Assembly (NCBI GenBank): GCA_013265495.1
Contig: MU057781.1
Span: 62,001-126,000 of the forward strand
Direction of reading: 5' to 3'
DNA: 64,000 nt
Origin: Vicugna vicugna
Taxonomy: Eukaryota
Shown: positions 50,341-63,900 of the stretch, piece by piece
Position numbering within the stretch: the first letter of the stretch is position 1
Layout of the letters: each line of letters opens with the position of its first letter
The notes under the pieces: generated by a model
The model's database searches: none
What the model saw: only the letters and a program-made list of their open reading frames with translations
What the model was told of the DNA's origin: nothing
Made by a program: the position numbers and the translations under genes

Positions 50341-53300
50341 TCGGTGACTGACGACCCTCCATAGGACCTCGTGGTCCCACACCCCTCCCCTCACAGGCGC
50401 ACCTGCTGCCCCGCGCATGCCAGTAGGGCGTTCACACCATGAAGACCTGTCTCACCCAGGGGCCTCAGAGCTGCGGGAGCCCAGGACCTTGGCGGATCCG
50501 GTTCCGCACCGCCTCCCGGGAGCTGGCCCAGCTGCGCCGCAAGGCCAGTGTCCCCGGGGTGGGAGAGAGTGGTGTCACCTGCGCCGCAGAGTCCGGGTGA
50601 GGGTTTGCTGAGCCCATCCCCTGGGAAAGAGCCTGCACACAGCACACGCGCAGAGCAAGACTGGTCATTTTCCTGACACTCTGAAGGCATTCTCCACAGG
50701 TGCTGCCTTTACAAAGGGACAGAGGAAGGGAGGGAGGGAGGGAGGGAAGGAAAAAGGGAGGCAGCGGGCGAGCAGGGAGGCAGGAGCCGAGGATGCTGGT
50801 GCGATACGTTTACGCATAACCACCATTCCTGCCAGTAAGCTCCGGGCATCTGGTCCCGTCTAGAATTCTTATGGCCTGACGCCTCCCCAGGAGGGGCCAA
50901 AGGAAACTTGTAGCATCATGGTCAACAGCACAGTGAAGGACCCCTGGGAGGTGACATTTGGTGAGACAGGTTTATGTCACACCTTTAATGGTGCCCAAAA
51001 CAAAGGGAAGACCGTGGCCGACTTCGCCTGGAATCCAGGAAACTGCCAAACAAAGGAGATGGAAAATCGAGGCGACCTGGGAGGGACACCGGCCACCCCA
51101 CGCCCCTCAGAGGCCTGTCAAGCTCGACTTGCCAACCGCCTCGACTGTCAGGGAGACAGTCCCTGAACAATCCGAAGGAATAAAACACGGATGCGTGCAG
51201 GGCCTCAGTGCGTCTCACCGGAAGCAAATCCGTCCACACCCACTTCCTGCCACTCCCTCTGGCTTCCACCGCGGCGGCTGAGCCACTCTCTCAGGAGTGC
51301 TCCCTCCTGCCAGTGGGAGTTCCCACGGGGACTGTTCGGTGGGAGAGTCTCCCTTCGTAACGGGGCCTCGCTGAGCCGGCCTGCATCCTCCAGTGTTAAG
51401 CTCCGTGCGGCATCCGTGCCCAGGGGAAGACACACACACACACACACACATTCTTTTTTGGCAGGAAACACGTTTACCTGCATAGCCTCGGAGCAGCACC
51501 TGTGATAGGTTCAGGGCAGGCCGAAGAGAGGCTCTGCACCCAGAGGCACCCTGCGTCAGGGTCCCCGGGCCTCGTCTTTACACCCCTCCGGCACAGAGAA
51601 AAGTTCTGTCAGACACAGAGTCCAGGCGACCCCCGAGGCCCCGCCCTTCCCCCTCGTCTCGACGTTCCTATCTTGGCCTTTGGAGCCAGGCGCGGCATTT
51701 CACTTCTAAGCGCCGTCACAGCCGTCTGTGAACTCCGCTCGTCTCATCCATCAGTGTCCATACCCTCCCTCTCACGCTGTCGGGGCAGCGACCCACCACT
51801 GACAGGCAGTGGCCGTCTTTCTTCTACTGAAAATTGTAAAACCCCGTTCTCTGCGTCCCAGGTTACATCCAGTCTGCCTTTCACTGGCTCAATAGACATT
51901 TCTTGAGTGTCTGTTCTGTGTGAGTCACTGCACACAGGAGCGCCCGGCCCTGGCCGTGCTGCACGGGGAAGTCCATGTGCAGGTTGGTCTCTCTATCACG
52001 GGGAATGAATGCAAACAGGCTAATTAGATCAGAAGCAATTCAAGGCTCATTTCCAATTTTAAAAAAATCCACTGTGCTGAGAATAATGCTGCCTGAAATG
52101 AATACTCACTTCCCTTAGAAGAGTGCATACACACTGTCTCTAGAAATGGCATTATTGTTGATGTCAGAGGAACAAAGAAACCGCAAGCCAAATTCACAAG
52201 CACCAGCTCGTTATCACGAGGGAAAGTGCAAGGCGTGGTGACTGAGAAGCACACACGTGGGCCTTCTTTCCAAGGCTGACGAGCCCCAGCCTCCAGGTGT
52301 TCACTCACATGGACCCGCCCAGGCCTCCGGCCCCAGCTCCTGTCAGTGATTTTGTATTCTTTCCCTTAAAGAGGACACTAAGTCTGTGTAAGTCTCATGG
52401 TCCCAAACCCCTGGCTGCCCCTGCCTACCGCCTTCAGTGCTTGAAAGCAAATGTTGTCAGATACAAATGAAAGTCCCTTCTTCTGCAAAGCCACTTAGAA
52501 GGACTTTACCCAAATCTCCATCTCCTAAACCACACATGATAGCTAGACATTCAGATCTTAACCTTTCAAGTTTCTAGGCATTTTAACCAAAAACACATGC
52601 ACATGCGTTAACAAACATAATTACGACAAGTATACAGGGAGTTTTAGGAGCACACATAATTTTTTAACATTCCTGATGCAATTGTTTTGAGCATTTGCTG
52701 TGTTGGCAATATCTAGTGAGCAGAAGGGGACTGATTCCTCATTTAGAAACCAGGGGAAGTAGCCGCAGGTGTTACACCTGAAAGACTAGGTCCCGCATCT
52801 GGAAACTGCCCACCTAGAGTATTTTAATCTATGAATATAAGTGATGCTCCGAAACGGAAACACACTAAGCTAGACTGCAGACCTACGGAAGCAGAGGTTC
52901 CATTGGCTTTGCTTCCTGCTCTGTTCCCCAGCACACAGACTGGGGCACAGGACATGTAGGTGCTCGATCCATATTTGTGATATTGATTATTGATTTAATA
53001 TTTTCTGTGCCCTTGTCAGAGACAAGGCCCTCTGCCAGGGGCTGTAGATACAGGAGTAAATTAGACAGACAAGGCCACTGCGCTCTAAGAACCCACATCC
53101 TCCCCTGCATGGCACTGTACTGAATGTCTAAAGAAGAGGATTATGGCAGGGCAAGCTGAATATTTAATTTTCATCAAAAGCATTATTTCTCACAGCTTAT
53201 GTCTCATGGGCCTTGAAGCCAACTGTTGAATGAAATAAAGTCCTGGTGATAGCCATGATTCAAGGGAAATCTGTGAACCTACTACCCACCCAGCTCTTTG

Positions 53301-53466
53301 CCTGGCTGTGAGCCCACAAAAGTATGTAATCGGAGAAGAAAATGTGAACTGTGATGAACATTTCTCATCATACAATTCTAGAGATAAGTGGATGGGGGCC
53401 GCTGAGCTGACCAACGTTTTCAGCCAGAACAGTTGAGTGGACTCATGGCTCCATCGGTGTGATGCG

Positions 53467-53787
53467 CAGTAACAGGGGGCTTCAGCACCCACTTACAACA
53501 GCGGACAGCCCATCCAGATGGAAAGTCACTGAGGAAACAGGCCCTCAGTGATGCTACCTCAGATGGACTTAGTGATATTTACAGAGCATTCCGTCTGAAA
53601 GCTGCAGAATGCACATTCTCTCCAAGTGCAAGTGGAACATTCTCAAGGACAGAGCACGTGCTGGGCCACAACGCAAGCCTCAGAAACTTAAGAAAATTGA
53701 AACGACATCAAGCATCTTTTCCGACCACAATGCTGTGAGACTAGAAATCAATTACAAGAAAAAAACTGCAAAAAGCAACAACAACAA
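53467..53787 (+). mobile_element. Isolated L1 ORF2 endonuclease-domain fragment
   Basis: Encodes KLKKIETTSSIFSDHNAVRLEINYKKKTAK (the SDH motif of the L1 APE endonuclease) plus frameshifted upstream DIYRAF and GTFSR motifs. Confidence 0.9.
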
Positions 53788-54329
53788 TGACAACATGCTG
53801 AGTTAGGTGCTCTGAGGGCCTCCCAACCACTAGGAAAAACAGCATTGAGTAAACTCCACTTTTTGATGCTTCATAAACTTTCCGAAAGCAGACGTAGTCT
53901 CCAAGGACCCCACCTGTTCCTATTCCCAGAAGATCTCTGGTCTTAGATTTACAGGAGGCAGACACGGAGGGACAGGCTTGCAACACGGGCAGATGTGTGG
54001 GGACTGGCCGGCAGTGGACGGGGGAGCTGAGTCTAGGATTTTAGAATTGAGCAGGAGCTGTATCTTCATGGGGATTGGCCTGATCCTGGGCTAGTGGTGC
54101 CCCTTAGCTCTGCAGAAGCAGGTGCAAAACCTCTTTAGAGGAAAGCATAGCCAGCTTGGGCCTGCTGAAGTTCCACCTAGAGTGACAAAGTTACAACCGC
54201 ATGACTAAAGTTCGCCAGGTCAAAGAAGACAGCCAACAAGAGTGAGAGACGTCAGAATAACAAATAACAAAGCTGAGCCTCCAAAGCTTAGAGGTGCTGG
54301 GATTTTCATATGCACAATACAAGATGTTT

Positions 54330-55530
54330 GTGTGTGAAATGTTCTCAGGAGGGGCAAGGACCAAGACACCACGAGCAATGAAGATGTAGATTTGAACAAA
54401 AGAAGCCAGTGGAATTTCTAGAGATTAAAGGTATAATTCTTGAAGTAGAAATCTTCATGGAGAGCTGACACAGAAGATTAGATACAGATGAAGAGAGACA
54501 TAATGACTGGAAAATACGTCTAAAGAAATTATCAAAATTACAGCGTAGAGAACACAAAGATAAATACTACGAAAGGAAACTAAGAGATGTGGAATTTAGA
54601 ATAATAAGATTTAAAATATTCCTTATCAACATTTCAGAAGGAGAAAATGAAGACAACAGAGAAAAGGTAGCATTTGAAGTCCTAGAAATCGAAGATATAA
54701 ACTCACAGGAGTGTAACATAGAAGGTATGTATTTTTAGAAGAAACACATCTAGACACAGTGTGATGAAACTGTAGATTATGATGTCAAAGAGAAAATCTT
54801 TAAAACACTCAGAGAGAAAAGATAGATTACCTACACAGGAACATCATTTAGAACAATGGAAAACTTAGCAGAAATCAATACATGCCATACATTATTGGAA
54901 TATCTTCAGTGAGTTGAGGAAAAATTACCATGAACCAGAAAAAACATCCTTTAAAAATGAGAAAAAATTTTTTTTCAGATGAGCAAAAACAGAGATTTTA
55001 CTGCTTGGTGAATTCACTGAAAAAAATCATAAAAAATTTAATAAAAGAGAAGGAAAATGATCCTGAAGGGTCATAAGAGAAAAATCAAGAAGTGGCCTTT
55101 AAAGCAAGTGAAAGACTTTGACAACTTATATGAAGACGTCTTTAAGAAGTCTGGAAATTACGATAAAGAAATGATGCTAAATTGCCTAAAAGATATTTAG
55201 ACAGTGAAAATTTGGAAACAGTTTCCTCTGGTGTATTTATGATAAGTAAACTCTGATTCATCAGCTGGAATTTTGAAAATTCATTAAAGATGACATCTAC
55301 TAATTTATACCATGATAGAGAAATACATAGTGAAATATGAAGTCAGGGTGGAGCACAAAATCGTGGCTACAGCAGTGCATCGTGCATGGTGCACCTGAGC
55401 GTCAGCATTGTCCGTAAACACCTCCTGGAGCTGCGGGTGACTTTTTTTCTTCCTTCTACATTTTGGTAGTTTCTGGTTTTTTGATATCTAACAATATGAA
55501 TTATTCTTAAATTGGGAAAAAAGAAATGTG
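54330..55530 (+). mobile_element. Ancient HAL1/L1M ORF1 remnant followed by an L1M 3' fragment
   Basis: A-rich ORF1-like motifs agattagatacagatgaagagaga, cagaaggaga, acacatctagacaca, aaagagaaaatctttaaa. After ~55190 the sequence resembles an L1M 3' end. Confidence 0.6.
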
Positions 55531-55842
55531 TTCAGATAAAAGACATACAAATGTGCAAATGGACACCATACACCTTTACACCTTTTAAGTATTTTACGCG
55601 TAGGCTAAAAGAGGTGCTCTAGCTGTTTATAAGGCCACCTTACAGACATAGGAGGGGCACCGAAACTCCAGGTGGTCACAGAACGGGCAGTAAGCAAATT
55701 CTTCTAATGCTTCCTCGACACCTAACTGACTGGTCACTCTGAAATATACTCGCAAAGAGACCTTCAAGATCATCACAGATAAACATGGCTGTTGCTTCCC
55801 TGCTGTCCTGTCTCATTTTGGGGACTTTGGCTCCACTGTCAA

Positions 55843-56127
55843 CGGAGCACTTGAGATGTGGTTGGTCTGCACTGAGATGGGCTGAATGTAACATACACAG
55901 TGGATTTCAAAGACAATACAGAACAAAATAGGGTGAATATCTCCTTAATGAATTTTATATCGATTACCAATTATATGTTGAAATGATAACGTTCTAGAGA
56001 TACTGCGATAAATAAAAGAAATTACTAAAATCAATTTCACGTTTCATTGTACTTTTGAAAATATGAATACCAGGGAATTTTAAATTCCATATGCAATTCA
56101 CATTGCATTTCCAGTGGAGAATGCTGC
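55843..56127 (-). mobile_element. MER33 hAT-Charlie element
   Basis: gagcacttgagatgtgg...tacacagtggatttcaaagac...atgttgaaatgataac...taaattccatatg matches reverse-complement MER33. Confidence 0.75.
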
Positions 56128-56754
56128 TTTAGCGTGGATGCTGGCGCCTGGAAACTTCCAGCGAGAAGACAGTAAGGGTAGTCAGTCAAGACTCCGTTAG
56201 ACGTTAAATCCACAGCCGTCGTGGAGCCCGGCAGTTCCTTAGTGACCTCTTAACGGGATCTCAGCACTAATACAGTGATTCAGGATCCCACCTGGAACTT
56301 ACAACTCTCATGTTTCAACGAACTGACTTACGACTTTGTGGCCTGTCACACATAAATCAAGGGAAAAAATGATCACCAGGACACAAAGCCCAACTTCTTT
56401 AAAGTGGTATGAGTTATGCTGGTAAGCACAAATCTCATTTGATTTTTTCATTATCTAGACAGTCTCTCAATTTTAGTTGATGTCTGAATAAGTTGCCATT
56501 GGATCTGGGGACACAACAAATTCTCATACAAACGGAGCCTTGAAGTACAGCCTAGAAAGCATAAAGTGGTCGAAAGTGAGAGCTGGCTCACTCGAGTACT
56601 CTCGAGAAGGCGTCTGCCTCCATCCTATCTGGAGAAGCATCAGGTGGGAAACGCCTACGCAGAGCAGTTGGAATAGTGCAGGCATCACAGACGATGGGGG
56701 GTTAGCCATTTGTATCAATTACTGACATGACAATAATAATGCATTTAACACGTG

Positions 56755-56890
56755 AAATGGCCCCACTTTACAGGCGAGAAAACTAAGGCACAGAGAGGCT
56801 AAACAATGTCCCCAAGGTCACACAGCTAGCAAGTGTCTGGGGTCAACCCAGGGAGTCTGGCATCAAAATCTGCACGTCATGCCACTTCTC
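56755..56890 (-). mobile_element. MIR SINE
   Basis: ccccactttacaggcgagaaaactaaggcacagagaggctaa...cccaaggtcacacagctagcaagtg. Confidence 0.85.
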
Positions 56891-57789
56891 TAGAAGCAGA
56901 ATCTCGAACAGCTTATTAGAAGACGGCCTTGGATGAGCGTTTCTCACATGCGAGTGTTTTTCTGACTTCTTCCAGGTGGTATAATTCATAGTCCTTCTTG
57001 GGCTTCCCCCGCCCCCCTAGTTTTCGCTGGAACTGGAGGGAGGCGTGAACGCCCTAGCTGGGTGAGGGCAGACCCTGACTGGCAGCGCGAGCCGGCCGTG
57101 CCCTCCAGGGCTTCCTGTGGTCTCCAAGAGTTGGGCACATTTGCATCTTCCTCTGAAATATCCGTTTTCCATGATATGAAAGCAATGCGTCTCCCCAACT
57201 CTCTAAGTAAAATTGGGGATCCTGAAATATTTATCTGTTTATCCTTTTGCTCCAGAAATTGCTGGGCACGGGGCTCACGCCGCTGGAGGGCTGAGGCCCA
57301 GGGACAGCTGCGACGTCACAGGTTCCTTCCGTGTAAGTCGGGCTGCTTCGTGACGAGGAGTGCTTTGCTCTATTCACATCCCACTCCTCCCCTGCCACCC
57401 CGTCTCCCGCATCTAGACGCACAGGCTTAGGTGAGGACAGACCACCCTGTTCAGGACGGAGCTCTGTGGGGACGCTCATAGTCAGGGGAAGCCAGCGCTG
57501 CCCCCAGAGATCCGCAGGGCTAGTGCCCAGGAGGAAACGGAAGCTCTCTTTCCGAGCCTCTTCCAGGCACCTAGCTCCACGGCTGTGAGGTGACGCGCTC
57601 CTCCGCCCCGGATGCGACGCGCAGCTGGACACCACTGAGCTGCGCCTTAGCAGAGCCGCTTCCTCACGGGACCGTGAGCACAGCTCCACCGCCACCTGCC
57701 GGGGCCACGCGGCCGACGGCAGGCTCAGGCAGCAAGTGGTGGGCTCACTTTCAATGGCATGAGGAAGAAGCATTTTCACGTATTTTATG

Positions 57790-60700
57790 GCACTTTTTAT
57801 TATGTAAGTAATACACACTCATTAAATCGGAAAATAACAGACATTACATAGTTGGAAATAAAAGCGCCCCCTCATCCTGGCATCCTGAAATACACGCTAT
57901 TAATATTTTTCGTATGTTTCCTTCCATCTTTTAGCAGCGTGTGCGCGGTGCTCTCAAATGGGCAATATCCTGTTCATACAGTTCATAAGCTGCTTTTAAA
58001 AACTTACCACAACCAAACAAAAGCATTTTCTTTTGTCTAAATAATCTTCCAAATGTGATTCCACTGATAGTCGCAGGCTATTCATTCTTTGCTGTTGATA
58101 CATCGTAACTCACTTAACCACTTACCTAGTCATGGACATTTGAGATTTTGTTTCTCCTTTTGGTTTCAGATAGTATGATGTGCTCAATGACGGTGCATAC
58201 ATATTTGTTCTCTCTTCAACTTGCCATGAAGGAGAAGCAGTGAGTGAAATTATATTCATTTCTTAAAGGGTCTGAAATTCAAACTGCAGACCCAGCACAC
58301 ACTACATCTAACAGCACGTGCCAATGAATGCACGTTCTATGACTCTACTGCAAACACTGAGTAGAGCTTTTTTGAAAGTCTGTGCTAATTTAACAGCATA
58401 GTATTATATTTGGTGGTTTAAATTTGCTTTCCCTGAGTTACTTGTGAATAAGCCACATATTGCATAATGACCATTTATAACTATTCTGTGAGTCATCTGT
58501 TTATGTCTGTCTATTTTTATTATGTCCTATATAACAATTCTTTCAAAATTCATTGTATTAATCTATATGTAGATTAGTACATCACTACCACATTTTAAAA
58601 AAACCGATTTAACTCTAGAATAATAAGTTAAATTCCCATTATAAATTTTTTAGAAGTATGCATTTGTTCATCTCCTGGGTATATTCCATTCTCGATGGTT
58701 TTAAATGGCTCTATCACATTTTGAAAAAGTAATAGAATTAGCATTATGTTATTCCCATAGATTAATTTGAAAAGAGCTGATATCTTCACAGTGTTTCACT
58801 TTCCTACCCACGCTCATAGGGAGTGCCTCCAGTTGAAAAATATCATTTTCAGAAAATTCTTTGTTTTGTTTGTCCAGGGTTCACTCGGCGTGAGGGCTCT
58901 GATGTGTCAGCTGTGCTCGTGGTGTGTCCAGGAACCGTGTGCGTTCTCCATGCCGTGTGAAGACAGGGTCGTTCCTGCTGCAACATCTACATACCTATGA
59001 ATATGCAGGAAACACGTTATCTTCTGCAGGTTGGTATTTTATCAATCGACTGTGATGAACTGTCTGTTCAATTCTGAGAGGTTTTAAGTTGAACGTTGTG
59101 AGTTTTCAAAATATGAAAGAGTATATGAACTTCAAGTGGTGTTTCTGTTTCAATTTTTATTGCATTGGCTGGAGCCTCCAGAAAACAGTCAAATAAAAGA
59201 TGCTAGTGACTGGTTTTCAAGGGAATGACAGTGATGTTTCCACACAATGTGGCGGTTTTTAGGTAAATATTATGTATCAAGTTGAGGAATTACACATCAG
59301 ATTTTACTGTTCTGATTTTTAAAGATTTTCTATGTGTATACAATTTTTTAAAAGTTACTTTCCACTAACAGTTACTACAAAATATTGGCTATCTTCCCTG
59401 TGCTGTGTAATATATCCTTGACTTTTCTGATTTTTAACAGCTGTTCGCTTTTATCAAACAACACATCTTCCTATAATCTGATGAAAGAATATATAGAGTT
59501 TCTTATTAAACCCACAGACACGATGTCGCTGTCAATGCCTTTCTTCTTATTATAAAATTTCTGCAACCATGAGATGCCCTCCACTTCACCTTGGCAGAGG
59601 CTACTGCCACCATGTCACTAAATTTTCAGTAATGCTTGCAGGATTTGTACAGCTACCTTCACAACGGGGATCTGTCTGTATAATTTATCTGCTTCTTTTT
59701 TTTCCCTATTTTTGAAAACCGTGGGTAAAACGGGTCACCAACATTGTCTCACCATTTTCTATGTTGTGAAGCAAACTCTTCATCAGCAGAAGGTTCTCCT
59801 TGGAGTCTGAGAGACGTACAGCAAAACCTGCGGCGTGTCAGGGTGTGGGGGCTCGGGCTAAGGGAACAGGTGAGGATGGGGGCCCCAGGCACTTGCCCAG
59901 CTAGAAGAGGCAGGAGACCTGTGGCCGTCTGCACGGGCTCTTCCATCTCGACCCAAGCGGAACAGCTCCCAGACAACGGTTACTAACTGTTAAAAAATAC
60001 TGGTATCAAGCAGAGCTGTTCCCAGTAATGTGTTTCTTTTTTTTCTGATCATGGGAGGAGATATTTTAACCAATGTAATTCAAGTCTGCTTTTAAATCTG
60101 TAGATGTCTGCCTTTGTTTTTACCGTTTGCTTCCTCACATTTTTCTTAGATTTCCCCAACTTTCTACCGCCGCGACGGGAAGCTGATTTACGCCGCGCCC
60201 TCGCGTTCGCAGTTCACCTGCCGTCTTTTCCGACTCCAGATGTGCCTGGCTGTAAGTGCTATTGGCTGCAACCTACGACTTCTAATATGCACACATCACG
60301 GCTGGTTATTTTGTAAAAGGCTTGTTTTTGTGATATTGATTTCTGTCTCGTTCATTTATTTTCTGGCAGTCTTTCAGCTTCGAGGCTGCTGGGCGTCTCT
60401 TTATAGTTCATGTTAACTGTGAACTGTGGCTCCATTGCCCTGCGGCAGGCGTGTGAGATCTAGAGTCACTCTTGGTAATTTCTTGAACTGTGCCTCTTGC
60501 TATTGCTTTTAACTCTTTTTTCTTTAATTTTTATTATGAAAACTTTCAACAGTAGCATGATGGAGAATAGTACAATGAAGCCCACACGCCTACTTGCCGC
60601 CTTCCGCAGTCGTCAGCTCACCCCAGGACGGGGCTGCGCTCGTCTCTGCCCCCCGTGCCCCACGTCTGGATAACTGACATAACACAGATTCTATTCCAGC

Positions 60701-60860
60701 TGCATGTGTCTCAGCAGGTGTCTCAGAAATATCAGGGTCCTTTTTTAAAGCGTGAGCATAGAGCTCTTACAACACCTGCAAATTAACCAAACTAACAATC
60801 ATTCCTTAAAATTATTAAATACTTAGTGTTCCAATTTCTCCAGTTGTCTTACAACTTTTT
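57790..60860 (-). mobile_element. Mosaic of old L1ME/L1MC fragments, including a short younger L1 3' piece at ~59330-59420
   Basis: T-rich antisense L1-like motifs throughout (ttaacca...tggacattt, atagattaatttgaaaagagctgatatcttcaca, tatcaagttgaggaa, ttttattatgaaaactttcaa). Confidence 0.55.
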
Positions 60861-60929
60861 GCTTGATTTGGTCAAACCAGGGTCAGTTTTAATGGGTATG
60901 TCTCTCTTAAACAAAAAACGGGTGGGTGC

Positions 60930-63900
60930 CTTCAGGAATAATTTACACACAGTGGAACTCACGCTCTGTGAGCGCGCAGTTCCCTGAATTTCAGGAAAGG
61001 CCGTCCTGCAACCACAGGCACAATCAGACAAACGTGCCCCCGTCCCTTTGTAGCCAACACCCCCCTCCCCAGTCCCTGGAAGCCGCTCATCTGGGCTTGG
61101 CCTTCTAGCTGTGCTTTTCCTAGGCTGTCGTGAAAAGGGAATTGCACGTGATACAAACGTCATATTTGCAATCATTTGTGATTTGCAAATACTTACTTTG
61201 GGTGGGTTCTCACGCTGGCCGTGGTGTCCCCGGGGTCCGATCACATCGCTGCCAGCGCCAGAAGTCCATTCCTTGTCTCTGTCGTGGTCCGTCGTTGGCA
61301 AGTGCCCAAGTTTGTCGGTCCAGTCAACGGTCAAGGAGAATCTGGACTGCTCCCAGACTGTGTGGCTCACAGTAAACCCGCCGTACACACCGTGTGCAGG
61401 CTGCTGTGTGGACACATCTCTTCATTTTCTCGGGGAAGCGCCTGGGGTGAGGTTTCCAGGTATATGATGTGGGCACGTTTATAAGAAACTGTCAAACGGA
61501 TTTCCAAAGCCACCGCGTCGTGCTGCGTTCCCGCCACCGTTGTGAAAGTTTCAGCTGCTCCACGTCCTCACAGGCACCGGGTGCCACCAGGGTGTCGCTC
61601 AAATCGCAGGCCTTCTAACAGGTGCGTGAGGGCTCGCGTTGCAGGCTTGGCGTGCGTTTCCCTGATGAGGGACAACAGTAAGCGTATTTCCCTGTGCTCA
61701 TTTGCCGTTTCTTTGTTGGTGACGCGTCTGGTCACGTATTTTGCTGGGCTGTTTGTTTTCCTATCGGTTGGCTTATGAGAGTCTGTTGTATGTTGCGGAT
61801 ACCAATTCTTTATCACATTTGTGCTCTGCAAATGTTTTCTCCCAGGATGTGGCTTTTCCTTTGATTCAAAGTCATTTCAAAGAGGAAGAGCATTTAATTG
61901 TGATGAAATCCGACTATCAGTGCGTTTTACCTTATGGTTCATGCTTGTGATGTCACACCTAACACTTTTTTGCCTAAATCAAGGTCACAAAACTTTCTTT
62001 TATGTTTTCATTCAGAAGCTCTAGGACTTTAGTTTTAAAATCAGGTCTCTGATCTATTTTGAGCTAATTTTTAAACACGACACAAGGTATTGATCAAGGT
62101 TTATTTGCTTATTTTAAAGATGAATGTTCAATTGCCCCAAAATCATTTATTGGAAAGGCAAGTTCTTCTCTATTGAAGATGCCTTGGCACCTTTGTCAAA
62201 ACTCAGTCGACCGTGTGTGTGTGTGTGTGTGTGTACCTCTGAAGGGGCTTTACTGTGTTCTGCTGGCCTTTGTCCCTCTGCTCACCAGTTCCACAAGCCT
62301 CCACTCTGGTAGTTTATCACAGCCTTCAGATTGGCTCTGTGTGAGACTCCACACCCGCTGTTCTTTTTCAAAGCTGCTGTGGCCATTCCACTTCCTTGGC
62401 TTCCCATGTCAGGTGTAGAGTTAGCTCGTCCGCTTCTGTGACACTGGGGACTTGTTTGGGATTACATAGAATTGATAGATCAATTTGGAGAGAACTGACG
62501 TCTTCGCATTATTGAGTCTTCCAGCCCACTAATACGAAATATCTCTCCATACTGGAACGTCTTTTATATCTCTGCTCGATGCTTTGTAGTGTTCGGGATT
62601 CCTGTTTTGTTAGGTTAATCCGTAAATATTTCCTGGTTTGTTGCTTTATGACACTGCTGTTTTATTTTAATGTCTAGTTGTTCATTACCAGTCATGCAAG
62701 GATACAACTGAATTTCACATGACCTTGTATCCTGCACCCTTGCAAAGTTCACTCCTTGGCACTCGTAGCTTCTGGGGACCTCTCTGAGACTGTCTATATG
62801 GCCAAAATTTGGTCTGCGTGTAGAAACTTTTATTTCTTTCTTTTCGATCTGTGTGTTTTTCATTGTTCCTGGGTTTGTTTTTTTTCTTTTTGCCTTGTTG
62901 CATTGATTAGGGCTGTCAGTACAACTCTGCAAACAAACGGAGAAACTACAGATCCTCGTCTGGTTCTTCTCCGTCTTAGAAAACATCAGGCGCTCGTGGT
63001 TACACACAGCGTCAGCTGTGGTTCTTCCGTGGGTGTCCTTTGTCGGTTCGCGAAAGTCTCCTTTGATTCCGAGTTGACGCAGAGGTTTGTTTGTTCTTAA
63101 TCTGAACAGATGCTGAATTTGACAAGTGCATTTCCTGCATCTGTTGAAATAATCATGTTGCTTGCCTCCTTTGTTCTTCTGATAAAGTATGCAACCTTGA
63201 TTTTCTAACACTGAACCAGCACTGCATTCCTTGAAAAAGCCCCCCTTGGTCACGATGTGTTATCACCTTTATGTATTCCTAACACCACGTTGGGGGTTTT
63301 GCATCTGCGTTTATGCAGAGTGCTGATCTGTAACTGTCCTTCCTGATAGTATCTCCTTGGTTTTGGTAGCAGAGGAAGGCTGACCGCAGAAGAAAACAGC
63401 TTGGGAAACGTTATCTCTCCTTTCACTTTCCGAGGAAGTTTGCTGAGGTTTGGTGCCATCCTTCCGTAAACCCTGGCAGGACTTCAGTGCCGCTGTCTGG
63501 GCCTCTCTGTTGGAAGGACTGCAGTTATGAACAACGCTTTAAATAGATACAGTGCTCTTCATGTCTTCCGTTTCTCCCTGAGTGAGCATGGGTAGCTTGA
63601 CTTGCACAGAGTCTGTGTCCTTCATGTAAGCTGCTGAATTTGTCGTCATGAAGTAGTTGATACCGTTGTCCTAGTGTATGCTCAGTGTTCAGAGCTAGTG
63701 TCATCCCTTTTCTCATTCCTGACTTCAGTAAGCCAAGTTGTCTCTCTTTTTTTCTTATTTTCTATAACCAGTCGTTTATCAATTGACTTGATCTGTCTTT
63801 TTTTTAAGCTTCTGGTTTAATTTATTTTCTTTATATTTTTCTATTCTTTATTTGATTTCTGCTCTTGTGTTTACTGTTTCCTTTCTTCTGTTTGTTTCCG

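Noticed and set aside
50918..51166. ORF containing GLCHTFNG, resembling the DEG/ENaC GxCYTFN motif
   Set aside because: Only a short motif with no other family features. The adjacent ggaggtgacatttg is a common L2-derived word.
55090..55200. Protein-like frame KWPLKQVKDFDNLYEDVFKKSGNYDKEMMLNCLKDI
   Set aside because: Short, lacks splice or start context, and is embedded in A-rich degraded L1/HAL1 sequence.
57688..57705. CTCF-like motif (similar matches near 17910 and 35745)
   Set aside because: Each has mismatches to the core, and such matches are frequent in GC-rich DNA. Not supportable without a PWM scan and ChIP data.
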